Origin: Escherichia phage T4_ev151
Sequence record: LR597660
Length of the DNA: 64,000 nt
Reading direction: 5' to 3' (one strand)
Within the stretch, counting starts at the first letter, position 1; every line of letters begins with the position of its first letter. A program made the translations under genes and the position numbers. Below the pieces are notes generated by a model. It was not told the origin of the DNA. It saw only the letters and a list, made by a program, of their open reading frames with translations, and made no database searches. Shown here one piece after another: positions 30,300 to 41,866 of the stretch.

Positions 30300-30649
30300 T
30301 TAGAAAGGTCCTGGATGTCTTCTGCGAACTTGTTGAAGGAGTTGTTGATTTGTTTTTCAACCAATCCTGGCTTATGAGCCACCACATCCGCCTTCTTTGC
30401 GTCTTTGCGCAGTTTTTCATTTTCACGCTCAATAGCAGCAATTGCCTCACGATTTTTATTATTCATCGCGTCAATATAATTATACTGAATTCGCAAATTA
30501 TTTAATGCTAAGGCGTTTTCATTGGCCGTTTTTGTAATTTCTACAACAGACGTTTCTAATCTTTCAATTTTATTTTTTAAAATTAAAGAAGTTCCGCCCA
30601 ATGCAATTACAATTAATAGCAAGCCTGTTGTCGTATTACTTAATTGCAT
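30296..30649 (-). CDS. putative i-spanin (N-terminal TM helix plus coiled coil)
   Basis: 117 aa; hydrophobic N-terminus TGLLLIVIALGGTSLIL followed by a charged helical region. Confidence 0.6.
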   Translation of the reverse strand: MQLSNTTTGLLLIVIALGGTSLILKNKIERLETSVVEITKTANENALALNNLRIQYNYIDAMNNKNREAIAAIERENEKLRKDAKKADVVAHKPGLVEKQINNSFNKFAEDIQDLSK

Positions 30650-31146
30650 AAAGTTTTAATAACCTCTATAATATCGTCTTGAGAAAGACCGTTAATTAAA
30701 ATATGATGTTCAGCCGGAGATTTAGAAATTTTAAAGCACGCCGCAACATCTTCTGCCATATCCGATGCGCTACGATTTGGATTACTAATTCCAAGACGAT
30801 GCTTTCCTGTCAAAGGATTAACGATGATATAGCATTTGCAGCTATTGATATGAACATTAGGTTGAGTCTGATTAATAAACACTTCACAATCATACTTAGC
30901 GAGTTGATTTTCTAAAAAGACTTTCATCTCCTCAACCGCATCAGGAAGCATATCACGGGCTTGCTCAAGACGACGATTTCGATATTCTTTAATGGTCGTT
31001 TTCCGCTTGACTTGCTTAGCTAAATCTTTCTTAAGATCGGTGATATATCCAACTCGACGATTTCCTTTGAATACAGAAATCCCATCTGTAGTATCACCGT
31101 ATGCTTCAACGACCATTTCAGTAGTAATAAGCTGCAAATCCATCAT
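30640..31146 (-). CDS. alc: Alc (host transcription unfoldase/terminator) candidate
   Basis: 168 aa ORF immediately downstream of rnlA as in T4; assignment by position and length only. Confidence 0.7.
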   Translation of the reverse strand: MMDLQLITTEMVVEAYGDTTDGISVFKGNRRVGYITDLKKDLAKQVKRKTTIKEYRNRRLEQARDMLPDAVEEMKVFLENQLAKYDCEVFINQTQPNVHINSCKCYIIVNPLTGKHRLGISNPNRSASDMAEDVAACFKISKSPAEHHILINGLSQDDIIEVIKTLCN

Positions 31147-31150
31147 AAAG

Positions 31151-31204
31151 TCCTCATGTTATGTCAGTAAGACTACTATAACACAACACGAGGGACTTGT
31201 AAAC
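31151..31204 (-). promoter_or_regulatory. 54-bp repeat copy B: early promoter plus leader and SD upstream of alc
   Basis: 100% identical to 17518-17571; alc ATG is 5 nt beyond the repeat. Confidence 0.6.
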
Positions 31205-31207
31205 AGC

Positions 31208-32795
<1,588 letters not shown>

Positions 32796-32803
32796 AATAA
32801 AAT

Positions 32804-32817
32804 GGGCCTTGCGGCCC
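32804..32817 (-). terminator. stem-loop after nrdB
   Basis: GGGCC-TTGC-GGCCC hairpin followed on the - strand by ATTTTATT. Confidence 0.5.
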
Positions 32818-32822
32818 ACTCC

Positions 32823-34001
32823 TTAAAAGTATTTTTTAAAACTCATCATAACTTTATCATCAACATCATTATCAATCTGTGCAACAAGATAAGATGACAG
32901 TTCTACTTCTTGCGGCGCGGATTGAACATTATCAGAATTAAGGTATTCACGAATCCAAGGATATGGATGTTTAACCGGAGCATCGGTAATCGGGCATGGA
33001 AGACCACACTGTTTCATACGAGATACAGTTAAGTAATCAATAAAGCTCCACATGCTATTTGTATTTAATCCAGGAACATCGCCATCTTTAAATAAATGAA
33101 CTGCCCAATCTTTTTCTTGGCGGTTAACTTCCATGAAAATATCAACTGCTTCTTGTTCACACTCTTTGGCAATTTTAACCCATTCATCGCCATCAGTACC
33201 GGATTGAAGTTGACGAATAATATATTGTGTACCTTTAAGATGAAGCTGCTCATCACGTGCAATAAATTTCATAATCTTCGCATTACCTTCCATGATTTCC
33301 ATGTTCTTATGGAAGTTGAAAGTACATGCAAAGGATACATAAAAACGAATAGCTTCCAGAGCATTGATAACGTGCAGACAGAGATAAAGCGACTTCATCA
33401 GGTCTCGTTTACATTCTTCCAAATGAGTGAGACTGTTTGAATATGCTTCTAAATCATATTCATTTTCAGCAAAATAACTAAAGTTTTCTTTGGCGTTTTC
33501 CCAAATACGTGTCTTGTCCAGAACATCATCATAATAACGACCAATAGATTCAGCACGTTTCATGATAGCTTTATCTAATACAATCTCATCAAATACCTTT
33601 GACGGATCAGTATAAAGATTTCGCATAATATGAGTGTATGAACGACTGTGAATGGTTTCACTAAAAGTCCATGTAGCAACCCATGTATCAAGGCTTGGGT
33701 CTGAAATCAATGACATAAGTACAGCAGACGGTGCACGACCCTGAATGCTATCCAGAAGTGATTGATACTTCAGATTATTAGTAAAAATATTCTGCTGATA
33801 TTGAGGAAGCTTATTAAACTGTGCAGCATCCATCATTAAGTTTACTTCTTCAGGACGCCAGAAAAATGACAACTGCTTTTCGGTTAAATCTTCAAAAACT
33901 TTATGACGTTGAATATCATAACGCGCAATACCAAGACCTGAACCAAAAAACATAGGTTCTTTTAAAACATCAACTGGATTTGTATTAAAAACTGTAGACA
34001 T
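32823..34001 (-). CDS. nrdB: ribonucleotide reductase small subunit NrdB (uninterrupted)
   Basis: ATG at 34001 with AGAGGA SD gives 392 aa MSTVFNTNPVDV...; one continuous ORF, no intron; start overlaps mobE stop (TAATG). Confidence 0.92.
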   Translation of the reverse strand: MSTVFNTNPVDVLKEPMFFGSGLGIARYDIQRHKVFEDLTEKQLSFFWRPEEVNLMMDAAQFNKLPQYQQNIFTNNLKYQSLLDSIQGRAPSAVLMSLISDPSLDTWVATWTFSETIHSRSYTHIMRNLYTDPSKVFDEIVLDKAIMKRAESIGRYYDDVLDKTRIWENAKENFSYFAENEYDLEAYSNSLTHLEECKRDLMKSLYLCLHVINALEAIRFYVSFACTFNFHKNMEIMEGNAKIMKFIARDEQLHLKGTQYIIRQLQSGTDGDEWVKIAKECEQEAVDIFMEVNRQEKDWAVHLFKDGDVPGLNTNSMWSFIDYLTVSRMKQCGLPCPITDAPVKHPYPWIREYLNSDNVQSAPQEVELSSYLVAQIDNDVDDKVMMSFKKYF

Positions 34002-34732
34002 TAATTTTTCCTCTTTAAAATTCTGCCGCGTTTCCAACCTGGCGGTATAATATCATCTTTACCTATAAGCGTGCATTCACTTCCATTATTAATCCATTTC
34101 TTACCGCGGATTCCTTTATAATCTCTTGGTTGTATTTTATCAAACTTTGCATCAAGTTGATATGACCATCTAAATCCATAGGCATATTGAAATTTACCCT
34201 CAGCACAATATTTGATATTTGACCCGTTTCCATTAACTGACCTGGACGCTGCCGCAATAGAGTGAAAGGTTTCTATGAAATCCCCATCTAATGAGAATTT
34301 ATGTATTTCGATAGATGGGCATGCATACCTATTCACGTTTGATACATGTTGTTTAGTTTCGTTTTTATGATGCTTGCCTAACATTCCTCTAGGATGAGGA
34401 TTATTTTTCCAATATTTCTTAAAGAAATCAGAATTAGCTTTAGCAAATAATTTTCTGTGCAAGCTATACAATCTGTTATTAATTCTATTACCAGCTTTAT
34501 CTGTTACCATTAACGTTAACGCAGAGGCAAGCCCAAAATGGCCTTCATTTATCTTACATAGTAATAGATGCGCTATAAAATGTTCTCTAGCTGTTAATTC
34601 AACTAAATTTTCTTTATCATCAGAACCTCCCATGCATTTAGGGACTATATGATGTGTCTCTTTATATTCAGATAAAGGTTCCCGAGCCTGAGCTCGGGAA
34701 ATTAGGTCATTATAGATTTTTTGATAATTCAT
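34001..34732 (-). CDS. mobE: free-standing HNH homing endonuclease
   Basis: 243 aa; HNH motif (HHIVPKCMGGSDDKENLVELTAREHFIAH); C-terminal IPPGWKRG DNA-binding-like motif; TAATG overlaps with nrdA stop and nrdB start. Confidence 0.8.
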   Translation of the reverse strand: MNYQKIYNDLISRAQAREPLSEYKETHHIVPKCMGGSDDKENLVELTAREHFIAHLLLCKINEGHFGLASALTLMVTDKAGNRINNRLYSLHRKLFAKANSDFFKKYWKNNPHPRGMLGKHHKNETKQHVSNVNRYACPSIEIHKFSLDGDFIETFHSIAAASRSVNGNGSNIKYCAEGKFQYAYGFRWSYQLDAKFDKIQPRDYKGIRGKKWINNGSECTLIGKDDIIPPGWKRGRILKRKN

Positions 34733-36996
34733 TACAATTTACACGCTGCACAATCGTCGGCTTTAGGAGTTTCTATTTCATAATCATCAGTACCAGAACC
34801 ATCACGGGTATTATGATAATAGAAATTTTTAATGCCATAATACCATCCGTATAGCATGTCATCAATCATTATTGACATTGGAACCTTGCCTTTAGGGAAG
34901 ATTTGGGGGTCATAGTATGTATTCGCTGAAGCTGATTGACATACCCATTTCAGCATAATAGCTACCTGCGTAAGATAAGGTTTATTACCTTTCTTAGCTA
35001 ATTTCCATGTATAATCATATAGGTCTATGTTATGTTCAATATTGGGCACGACTTGATTAAAGGAACCCTCTTTTGATTCTTTAACAGAGACTGGTCCACG
35101 TGGAGGCTCGATACCGTTTGTACTGTTAGAAACTTGGGAAGATGACTCACATGGCATAAGTGCTGATAGTGTGCTATTACGGATGCCAAAGAGCTTAAGG
35201 TCTTCCCGCAGCGACGACCAGTCACAAACGTATTTTGGAGCTGCGATTTGGTCAATCTTTTTATTGTACCAGTCGATAGGTAATTCGCCTCGAGACCAAC
35301 GAGTGTCTGAATAATATTCGCAAGGTCCTTTTTCTTTGGCGAGCTTAATGGATGCTTTAATGAGTCCATACTGTAATCTCTCAAATAGTTCATGTGTTAA
35401 ATCGTTAGCATCTTCATAAGAAGCAAAGTTACTTGCCAACCAAGCTGCATAGTTAGTAACACCTACACCGAGGTTACGACGCTTTTTAGCTTTTTCTGCT
35501 TCAGGAACCGGATATCCTTGGTAATCCAAAAGATTATCAAGAGCACGAACCTGGACTTCTGCCAATTCATTAATTTTATCTTGGTCTTGCCAGTCAAAAT
35601 TATCCAGTACGAATGCAGAGAGAGTACACAATCCAATTTCAGCATCAGGACTATTCACATCATTTGTTGGAATAGCAATTTCACAACACAAGTTACTCTG
35701 ACGAATAGGTGCCTTTTCACGAATAAACGGAGTATAGTTATTCGTATTATCAATGAACTGCACATAAATCCTTGCGGTTCCTGAACGTTCAGTCATGAGC
35801 AATTCAAATAGTTCACGGGCTTTAATACGCTTTTTACGAATATTAGGGTCTTTTTCTGCTGCTTCGTATAATTCACGGAAACGGTTTTGGTCTTTAAAAT
35901 AAGAATAATAAAGCTCGCCACCCATTTCATGTGGACTGAACAAAGTAATGTAATCGTTCTTTCCGAATCGTTCCATCATCAAATCATTCAGTTGAACACC
36001 ATAATCCATATGACGAATGCGGTTTTCTTCTACGCCTTTGTTATTTTTCAAAACAAGAAGATTTTCAACTTCCAAATGCCAAATAGGATAATAAGCAGTA
36101 GCAGCGCCGCCACGAATTCCACCCTGTGAGCATGATTTAACAGCAGTCTGAAAATGTTTCCAAAAAGGAATAACACCAGTATGGCGTACTTCACCCATGC
36201 CAATCTTAGAACCTTCAGCACGAATCATACCAACGTTAATACCAATTCCAGCACGTTTAGAGATATATTCAACAATTGAAGCGGAAGCCTTATTGATAGA
36301 CTTCAATGAATCTCCTGCCTCAATAACAACGCATGAACTAAACTGTCGAGTCGGAGTACGACAACCAGCCATAATAGGAGTTGGCAGTGAAATCTGTCGA
36401 GTAGATACTGCTTCATAAAAACGAATAACATGTTTTAATCTGTCAACAGGTTCATCTTGATGCAATGCCATTCCAATAGTCATAAATGCAAACTGTGGAG
36501 TTTCATAAATTTGACCAGTGGTTTTATCTTTAACGAGATATTTTTCTTTTAATTGCATCGCCCCGGAATAAGTAAATTCCATATCCCGCTCGTGCTTAAT
36601 TTTTGATTCTAAAAATGTAATTTCTTCTGCAGAATATTTTGACAACAATTCAGGGTCGTATTTACCTTCATTTACACAGTAAGAAATATGGTCAATAAAT
36701 GAACGTGGTTCATATTGTCCGTAAACATGCTTACGAAGAGCAAACATTAAACAGCGTGCAGCTACGTATTGATAATCAGGCTCTTCAACTGAAATAGAAT
36801 TCGCAGCAGCCTTAATTACAATGGTTTGAATGTCATCAGTGGTCATTCCATCACGGAGATATGATTTAATATTTTCATATAATTCATAAGGATCTACAGA
36901 TGTTCCTTCAGCTGCCCAAGATAAAACTTTAATAATTTTTTGCGGGTCAAAGCTCTGAGAAACACCACTACTTTTGATAACATTAATTAATTGCAT
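34732..36996 (-). CDS. nrdA: ribonucleotide reductase large subunit NrdA
   Basis: 754 aa; class I RNR alpha features including a C-terminal Cys pair (..CAACKL). Confidence 0.93.
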   Translation of the reverse strand: MQLINVIKSSGVSQSFDPQKIIKVLSWAAEGTSVDPYELYENIKSYLRDGMTTDDIQTIVIKAAANSISVEEPDYQYVAARCLMFALRKHVYGQYEPRSFIDHISYCVNEGKYDPELLSKYSAEEITFLESKIKHERDMEFTYSGAMQLKEKYLVKDKTTGQIYETPQFAFMTIGMALHQDEPVDRLKHVIRFYEAVSTRQISLPTPIMAGCRTPTRQFSSCVVIEAGDSLKSINKASASIVEYISKRAGIGINVGMIRAEGSKIGMGEVRHTGVIPFWKHFQTAVKSCSQGGIRGGAATAYYPIWHLEVENLLVLKNNKGVEENRIRHMDYGVQLNDLMMERFGKNDYITLFSPHEMGGELYYSYFKDQNRFRELYEAAEKDPNIRKKRIKARELFELLMTERSGTARIYVQFIDNTNNYTPFIREKAPIRQSNLCCEIAIPTNDVNSPDAEIGLCTLSAFVLDNFDWQDQDKINELAEVQVRALDNLLDYQGYPVPEAEKAKKRRNLGVGVTNYAAWLASNFASYEDANDLTHELFERLQYGLIKASIKLAKEKGPCEYYSDTRWSRGELPIDWYNKKIDQIAAPKYVCDWSSLREDLKLFGIRNSTLSALMPCESSSQVSNSTNGIEPPRGPVSVKESKEGSFNQVVPNIEHNIDLYDYTWKLAKKGNKPYLTQVAIMLKWVCQSASANTYYDPQIFPKGKVPMSIMIDDMLYGWYYGIKNFYYHNTRDGSGTDDYEIETPKADDCAACKL

Positions 36997-37313
36997 AAGT
37001 CCTCAACTTGAAAATCGTCTTTAAACAATCGGTTAACTATATGAGCTATTATATCACCATGACACGGCTTTGGTTTACATGTGCATCCTAGCCTCATTCC
37101 ACGTAAAGGCTCTAAATGTGCTTTAGTTATTTCTCCGGATTTAATTCGACGTATAAAATCTTTTTTGAATAATTCAATGGCAGCCGGAAGGCTGCCAGCA
37201 TCTTTACCGACGTAATTTCCCCAAAATGTACCGCGGTGAATATTAACATCAAAGTCGGATTTATATTTATTCACTACCCGGCATAGACGGCCCGCGCGGT
37301 GATAATTCGGCAT
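36987..37313 (-). CDS. hypothetical protein (T4 nrdA.1 position)
   Basis: 108 aa; ATG verified. Confidence 0.6.
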   Translation of the reverse strand: MPNYHRAGRLCRVVNKYKSDFDVNIHRGTFWGNYVGKDAGSLPAAIELFKKDFIRRIKSGEITKAHLEPLRGMRLGCTCKPKPCHGDIIAHIVNRLFKDDFQVEDLCN

Positions 37314-37530
37314 ATTGTTTTTCCGTTAAAACAGTAATATCATAATAACAATCAGAAGAAGTTTTAACTGTAGAAATTTTATTATCAAAATACTCACGAG
37401 TCATTTTATGAGTATAATATTTTTTGCCATAAATGATAATAGGCTGATTTGGTCCTGGAACTTCTAACTCACTTGGGTTAGGAAGTGTAAAAAGAACTAC
37501 ACCAGAAGTATCTTTAAATCGTAAAATCAT
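37267..37530 (-). CDS. hypothetical protein (T4 nrdA.2 position)
   Basis: 87 aa; ATG verified. Confidence 0.55.
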   Translation of the reverse strand: MILRFKDTSGVVLFTLPNPSELEVPGPNQPIIIYGKKYYTHKMTREYFDNKISTVKTSSDCYYDITVLTEKQYAELSPRGPSMPGSE

Positions 37531-37553
37531 AAATCCTCACAATTAAATTAAAA

Positions 37554-37865
37554 TTACACCGCCATTTTTCCTTTCAAGACGCCGTGGGACTGATAATCTT
37601 TGAGAACGAAATCTTTAGGCCTGAGTTTAAGAATGTATTCCAATTGTTCTTTAGTAGAAAGATAGCGGAATTTATAAGGCAATCCGCCTATTACCAGTTC
37701 ACAAAGCTCTTTAGGTTCACGACGCAAAATTTCTTTACATTGTTCTACGTGATTCATATAGATATGAGTATTACCGCCAGAAAATATCAAATCTCCAGGA
37801 ATAAGATTACACATCTTAGCTACAATATGAACTAACGCAGCATATGATGCAATATTAAATGGAAG
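37554..37865 (-). CDS. td: thymidylate synthase, exon 2
   Basis: Encodes LPFNIASYAALVHIVAKMCNLIPGDLIFSGGNTHIYMNHVEQ... (TS C-terminal region); the 3' splice site follows ...UCUGAACAUAAUG on the - strand. Confidence 0.9.
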   Translation of the reverse strand, partial: LPFNIASYAALVHIVAKMCNLIPGDLIFSGGNTHIYMNHVEQCKEILRREPKELCELVIGGLPYKFRYLSTKEQLEYILKLRPKDFVLKDYQSHGVLKGKMAV

Positions 37866-38881
37866 CATTATGTTCAGATAAGGTCGTTAATCTTACCCCG
37901 GAATTATATCCAGCTGCATGTCACCATGCAGATCAGACTATATCTCCAACTTGTTAAAGCAAGTTGTCTATCGTTTCGAGTCACTTGACCCTACTCCCCA
38001 AAGGGATAGTCGTTAGGCATTTATGTAGAACCAATTCCATTTATCAGATTTTACACGATAAGTAACTAATCCAGACGAAATTTTAAAATGTCTAGCTGCA
38101 TCTGCTGCACAATCAAAAATAACCCCATCACATGAAATCTTTTTAATATTACTAGGCTTTTTACCTTTCATCTTTTCTGATATTTTAGATTTAGTTATGT
38201 CTGAATGCTTATGATTAAAGAATGAATTATTTTCACCTGAACGATTTCTGCATTTACTACAAGTATAAGCAGAAGTTTGTATGCGAACACCGCACTTACA
38301 AAACTTATGGGTTTCTGGATTCCAACGCCCGTTTTTACTTCCGGGTTTACTGTAAAGAGCTTTCCGACCATCAGGTCCAAGTTTAAGCATCTTAGCTTTA
38401 ACAGTTTCAGAACGTTTCTTAATAATTTCTTCTTTTAATGGATGCGTAGAACATGTATCACCAAACGTTGCATCAGCAATATTGTATCCATTAATTTTAG
38501 AATTAAGCTCTTTAATCCAAAAATTTTCTCGTTCAATAATCAAATCTTTCTCATATGGAATTTCTTCCAAAATAGAACATTCAAACACATTACCATGTTT
38601 GTTAAAAGACCTCTGAAGCTTTATAGAAGAATGGCATCCTTTTTCTAAATCTTTAAAATGCCTCTTCCATCTCTTTTCAAAATCTTTAGCACTTCCTACA
38701 TATACTTTATTGTTTAAAGTATTTTTAATCTGATAAATTCCGCTTTTCATAAATACCTCTTTAAATATAGAAGTATTTATTAAAGGGCAGTCCTACAATT
38801 TAGCACGGGATTGTCTACTAGAGAGGTTCCCCGTTTAGATAGATTACAAGTATAAGTCACCTTATACTCAGGCCTCAATTA
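37866..38881 (-). mobile_element. group I self-splicing intron in td (1016 nt) carrying I-TevI
   Basis: Exon 1 frame hits UAA at the first intron codon (...VDVFLG then UAAUUGAGGCCUGAGUAUAAGGUG...); 1016 nt, the length I recall for the T4 td intron. Confidence 0.9.
38013..38750 (-). CDS. I-TevI: intron-encoded GIY-YIG homing endonuclease I-TevI
   Basis: 245 aa MKSGIYQIKNTLNNKVYVGSAKDFEKRWKRHFKDLEKGCHSSIKLQRSFNKHGNVFECSILEEIPYEKDLIIERENFWIKELNSKINGYNI... matches recalled I-TevI. Confidence 0.95.
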   Translation of the reverse strand: MKSGIYQIKNTLNNKVYVGSAKDFEKRWKRHFKDLEKGCHSSIKLQRSFNKHGNVFECSILEEIPYEKDLIIERENFWIKELNSKINGYNIADATFGDTCSTHPLKEEIIKKRSETVKAKMLKLGPDGRKALYSKPGSKNGRWNPETHKFCKCGVRIQTSAYTCSKCRNRSGENNSFFNHKHSDITKSKISEKMKGKKPSNIKKISCDGVIFDCAADAARHFKISSGLVTYRVKSDKWNWFYINA

Positions 38882-39430
38882 ACCCAAGAAAACATCTACT
38901 GATCGTTGATACCACTGCAAATCCAAATAGCCATTACGCACATTAAACTGATAGAACATATGACAAGGCGGTAATGCCATCTGCTTGAGTTCAGCTGGAT
39001 TCCATGCTGAAACAATTTGACGCCTATCATTTGGCAATTTTTTAATACGATCAACAACTTCTATAATTTGGTCTACACCGCCAAAATCGCGCCATTGTTT
39101 TCCATAAATTGGACCAAGTTCACCGCTATGGTATCCTAAATCTTTTGCTTGATTTTCGTAATTTTCATCCCAGACTGTTTTGCCTTGGATTAACGAATCA
39201 TGCTGAATTACTCGTAAATCATTGACATTTGTGCTTCCCGATAAAAACCATATTAGCTCAGCAATGCAAGCTTTCCAGGCGAGCTTTTTAGTTGTTACTG
39301 CAGGAAAACCTTTACTTAAATCCCAGCGTAATTTAGTACCGAACAAAGCAATTGTTCCTGTGCCCGTTCGGTCATCGGTTTCATAGCCATTTTCAAAAAT
39401 GTCTTTAATTAAATCTTGGTATTGTTTCAT
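38882..39430 (-). CDS. td: thymidylate synthase, exon 1
   Basis: 183 codons MKQYQDLIKDIFENGYETDDRTGTGTIALFGTKLRWDL...; with exon 2 gives a 286-aa TS. Confidence 0.92.
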
Positions 39431-39475
39431 TTAGTACCTTATATAAATTATAATACATTTTATGAAGCTAAATAA

Positions 39476-39835
39476 TCAATACGGTTTAGCATCAAATTTT
39501 CTCTCAATTTCAGGCGTGAAATATAATTCTTTACCGCGTTTGGAAAAGCGACCAATAATATGATAATTATTCTCATCAAACGCGATATTACCAATATCCA
39601 TAGCTTTCAACCAAATATCGATATTTCTATCCAGCTTTATATCAAAATTCCAATACGGAGAACTATTACCGAAAATACTACAAGCGGATTCAGTGAAACA
39701 GCTACTATAAATCTTGTCTTTAGGAACTACTAATTGATAGACACCTTTAATAAACTGAGGACCTTGCCATTTTGGCTGTTTCACGTCTTTTTCTAATAGA
39801 ATAGGGTAATAATTAAAATTCATATTTTCCGCCAC
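39476..39835 (-). CDS. hypothetical protein inserted between frd and td (no T4 counterpart recalled)
   Basis: 119 aa from GTG 39835, or 115 aa from ATG 39823; no recognised motifs; fills a ~410-bp gap where I recall T4 frd and td overlapping. Confidence 0.5.
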   Translation of the reverse strand: MAENMNFNYYPILLEKDVKQPKWQGPQFIKGVYQLVVPKDKIYSSCFTESACSIFGNSSPYWNFDIKLDRNIDIWLKAMDIGNIAFDENNYHIIGRFSKRGKELYFTPEIERKFDAKPY

Positions 39836-39843
39836 GCGTTATT

Positions 39844-40664
<821 letters not shown>

Positions 40665-40673
40665 TATATTTCC

Positions 40674-40916
40674 TCAAACAGACTTTTTCACAATTTTCCA
40701 ATCAGCTTTAAACTGATCGACGTCAGAGTGATAAATCCAAAATCCTGCGCTTTCACCGTCTTCATAAAGCGGACACCCATCACATTCATCTTCCCATCCC
40801 ATGCCACGTAAAAGGTGTTCAGCTTTTTCAACAAGTTCAGAATCTTTACCGATGATATTAAAATACCATTTACCTTTAACTTCTGAATCTTTGATGCTCT
40901 GGCGTTGTAATCTCAT
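40674..40916 (-). CDS. hypothetical protein (frd.2 position)
   Basis: 80 aa; ATG with AGGAGAA SD; contains a CxxC pair (EDECDGCPLYEDGE). Confidence 0.6.
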   Translation of the reverse strand: MRLQRQSIKDSEVKGKWYFNIIGKDSELVEKAEHLLRGMGWEDECDGCPLYEDGESAGFWIYHSDVDQFKADWKIVKKSV

Positions 40917-40926
40917 TTTATTCTCC

Positions 40927-40995
40927 TTAGCAAGCTTTAATCAAAAGATATAAACAGACCAACATAACTGCTGCCATAATATAAGGTGCGAACAT
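40927..40995 (-). CDS. possible 22-aa hydrophobic micro-protein
   Basis: Hand-found ATG preceded by GGAGAAAAG; MFAPYIMAAVMLVCLYLLIKAC; downstream of a GTTTAC early-promoter-like site. Confidence 0.3.
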   Translation of the reverse strand: MFAPYIMAAVMLVCLYLLIKAC

Positions 40996-41054
40996 TTTCT
41001 TTTCTCCATTAGTTTTGATAGGGTAATAGTATCACACTACTACCCTTCTGTAAA

Positions 41055-41450
41055 CTACTTTTTGAAAGTTTTTCGCAAAAGTTCAATGATTTCATCTACA
41101 TTGTTTTCGTCAACAATGCAGTGAATTTTTGTTACGCCAGAAACTGGGGTCTTATTAATGAAATCTATGGGTTGAAATGATTCTGGAGATACTTCAACAA
41201 AGTATTTGAATTCGTCTTCATATATTTCAAAAAATGAACCCGGTTTGCCGGCAGCATAAAATTTACTGCCGTCTTGCATAGTAACTCCTGTTACGAATGA
41301 TATGTTGTCATCATCAACAACCATATCATTGACAGTAAAACTAGGACCATGAATCTCAATCAAAGATACCATATCAGCATTTTGTGGGCATTCATCAGCA
41401 AAAGTAGCTTTGCATATAGGATTAATGATATAAGTTTTTCCGATTTTCAT
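41055..41450 (-). CDS. hypothetical protein (frd.3 position)
   Basis: 131 aa; ATG verified. Confidence 0.6.
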   Translation of the reverse strand: MKIGKTYIINPICKATFADECPQNADMVSLIEIHGPSFTVNDMVVDDDNISFVTGVTMQDGSKFYAAGKPGSFFEIYEDEFKYFVEVSPESFQPIDFINKTPVSGVTKIHCIVDENNVDEIIELLRKTFKK

Positions 41451-41494
41451 TTATTTTCTCTCATTTTAATAGGGGCTTGATAGCCCCTTGATAA

Positions 41495-41722
41495 TTACTG
41501 CTCAATAAATCCTGTGTAAAATTCTACATCTTCATCATCCATACCGTCACAGTATTCATTAACCATAAACTGTTTAAGACGATTTAAAGGACCTTCAATA
41601 ACAACTGAAACATTGCAATTAGGATCATTTAGTGCGCTTATGATATTAAGTTCAGGATAACGATTACGAATAATTTCTTCAAAATATTCAAAATCAATAA
41701 CATCAATATCAACTTTAGCCAT
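41495..41722 (-). CDS. hypothetical acidic protein
   Basis: Track starts at 41743 without SD; ATG at 41722 preceded by AGAGGAAAAC gives ~75 aa [17 protein letters not shown]... Confidence 0.55.
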   Translation of the reverse strand: MAKVDIDVIDFEYFEEIIRNRYPELNIISALNDPNCNVSVVIEGPLNRLKQFMVNEYCDGMDDEDVEFYTGFIEQ

Positions 41723-41765
41723 ATTGTTTTCCTCTTTAATCATCAGCAGTATTGCCGATAGTTGT

Positions 41766-41795
41766 ATAGTACCATAAAGCTTTATGCTTGTAAAC
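41766..41795 (-). promoter_or_regulatory. early promoter (GTTTAC, 18 nt, TGGTACTAT) downstream of gene 32
   Basis: - strand reads AAAATTTTTCACAAAACGGTTTACAAGCATAAAGCTTTATGGTACTATACAAC; A/T-rich upstream element. Confidence 0.55.
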
Positions 41796-41820
41796 CGTTT
41801 TGTGAAAAATTTTTGAAATA

Positions 41821-41844
41821 AAAAAGGGGACCTCTAGGGTCCCC
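41821..41844 (-). terminator. gene 32 terminator
   Basis: GGGGACC / GGTCCCC stem followed on the - strand by TTTTT, 22 nt 3' of the gene 32 stop. Confidence 0.7.
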
Positions 41845-41866
41845 AATTAATTAGTAATATAATCTA

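Noticed and set aside
33096-33440. 114-aa + strand ORF antisense to nrdB
   Set aside because: Inside the recognised nrdB CDS; no independent support.
35025-35393. 122-aa - strand ORF in an alternative frame inside nrdA
   Set aside because: Same strand but different frame from the 754-aa NrdA ORF; the long conserved frame is preferred.
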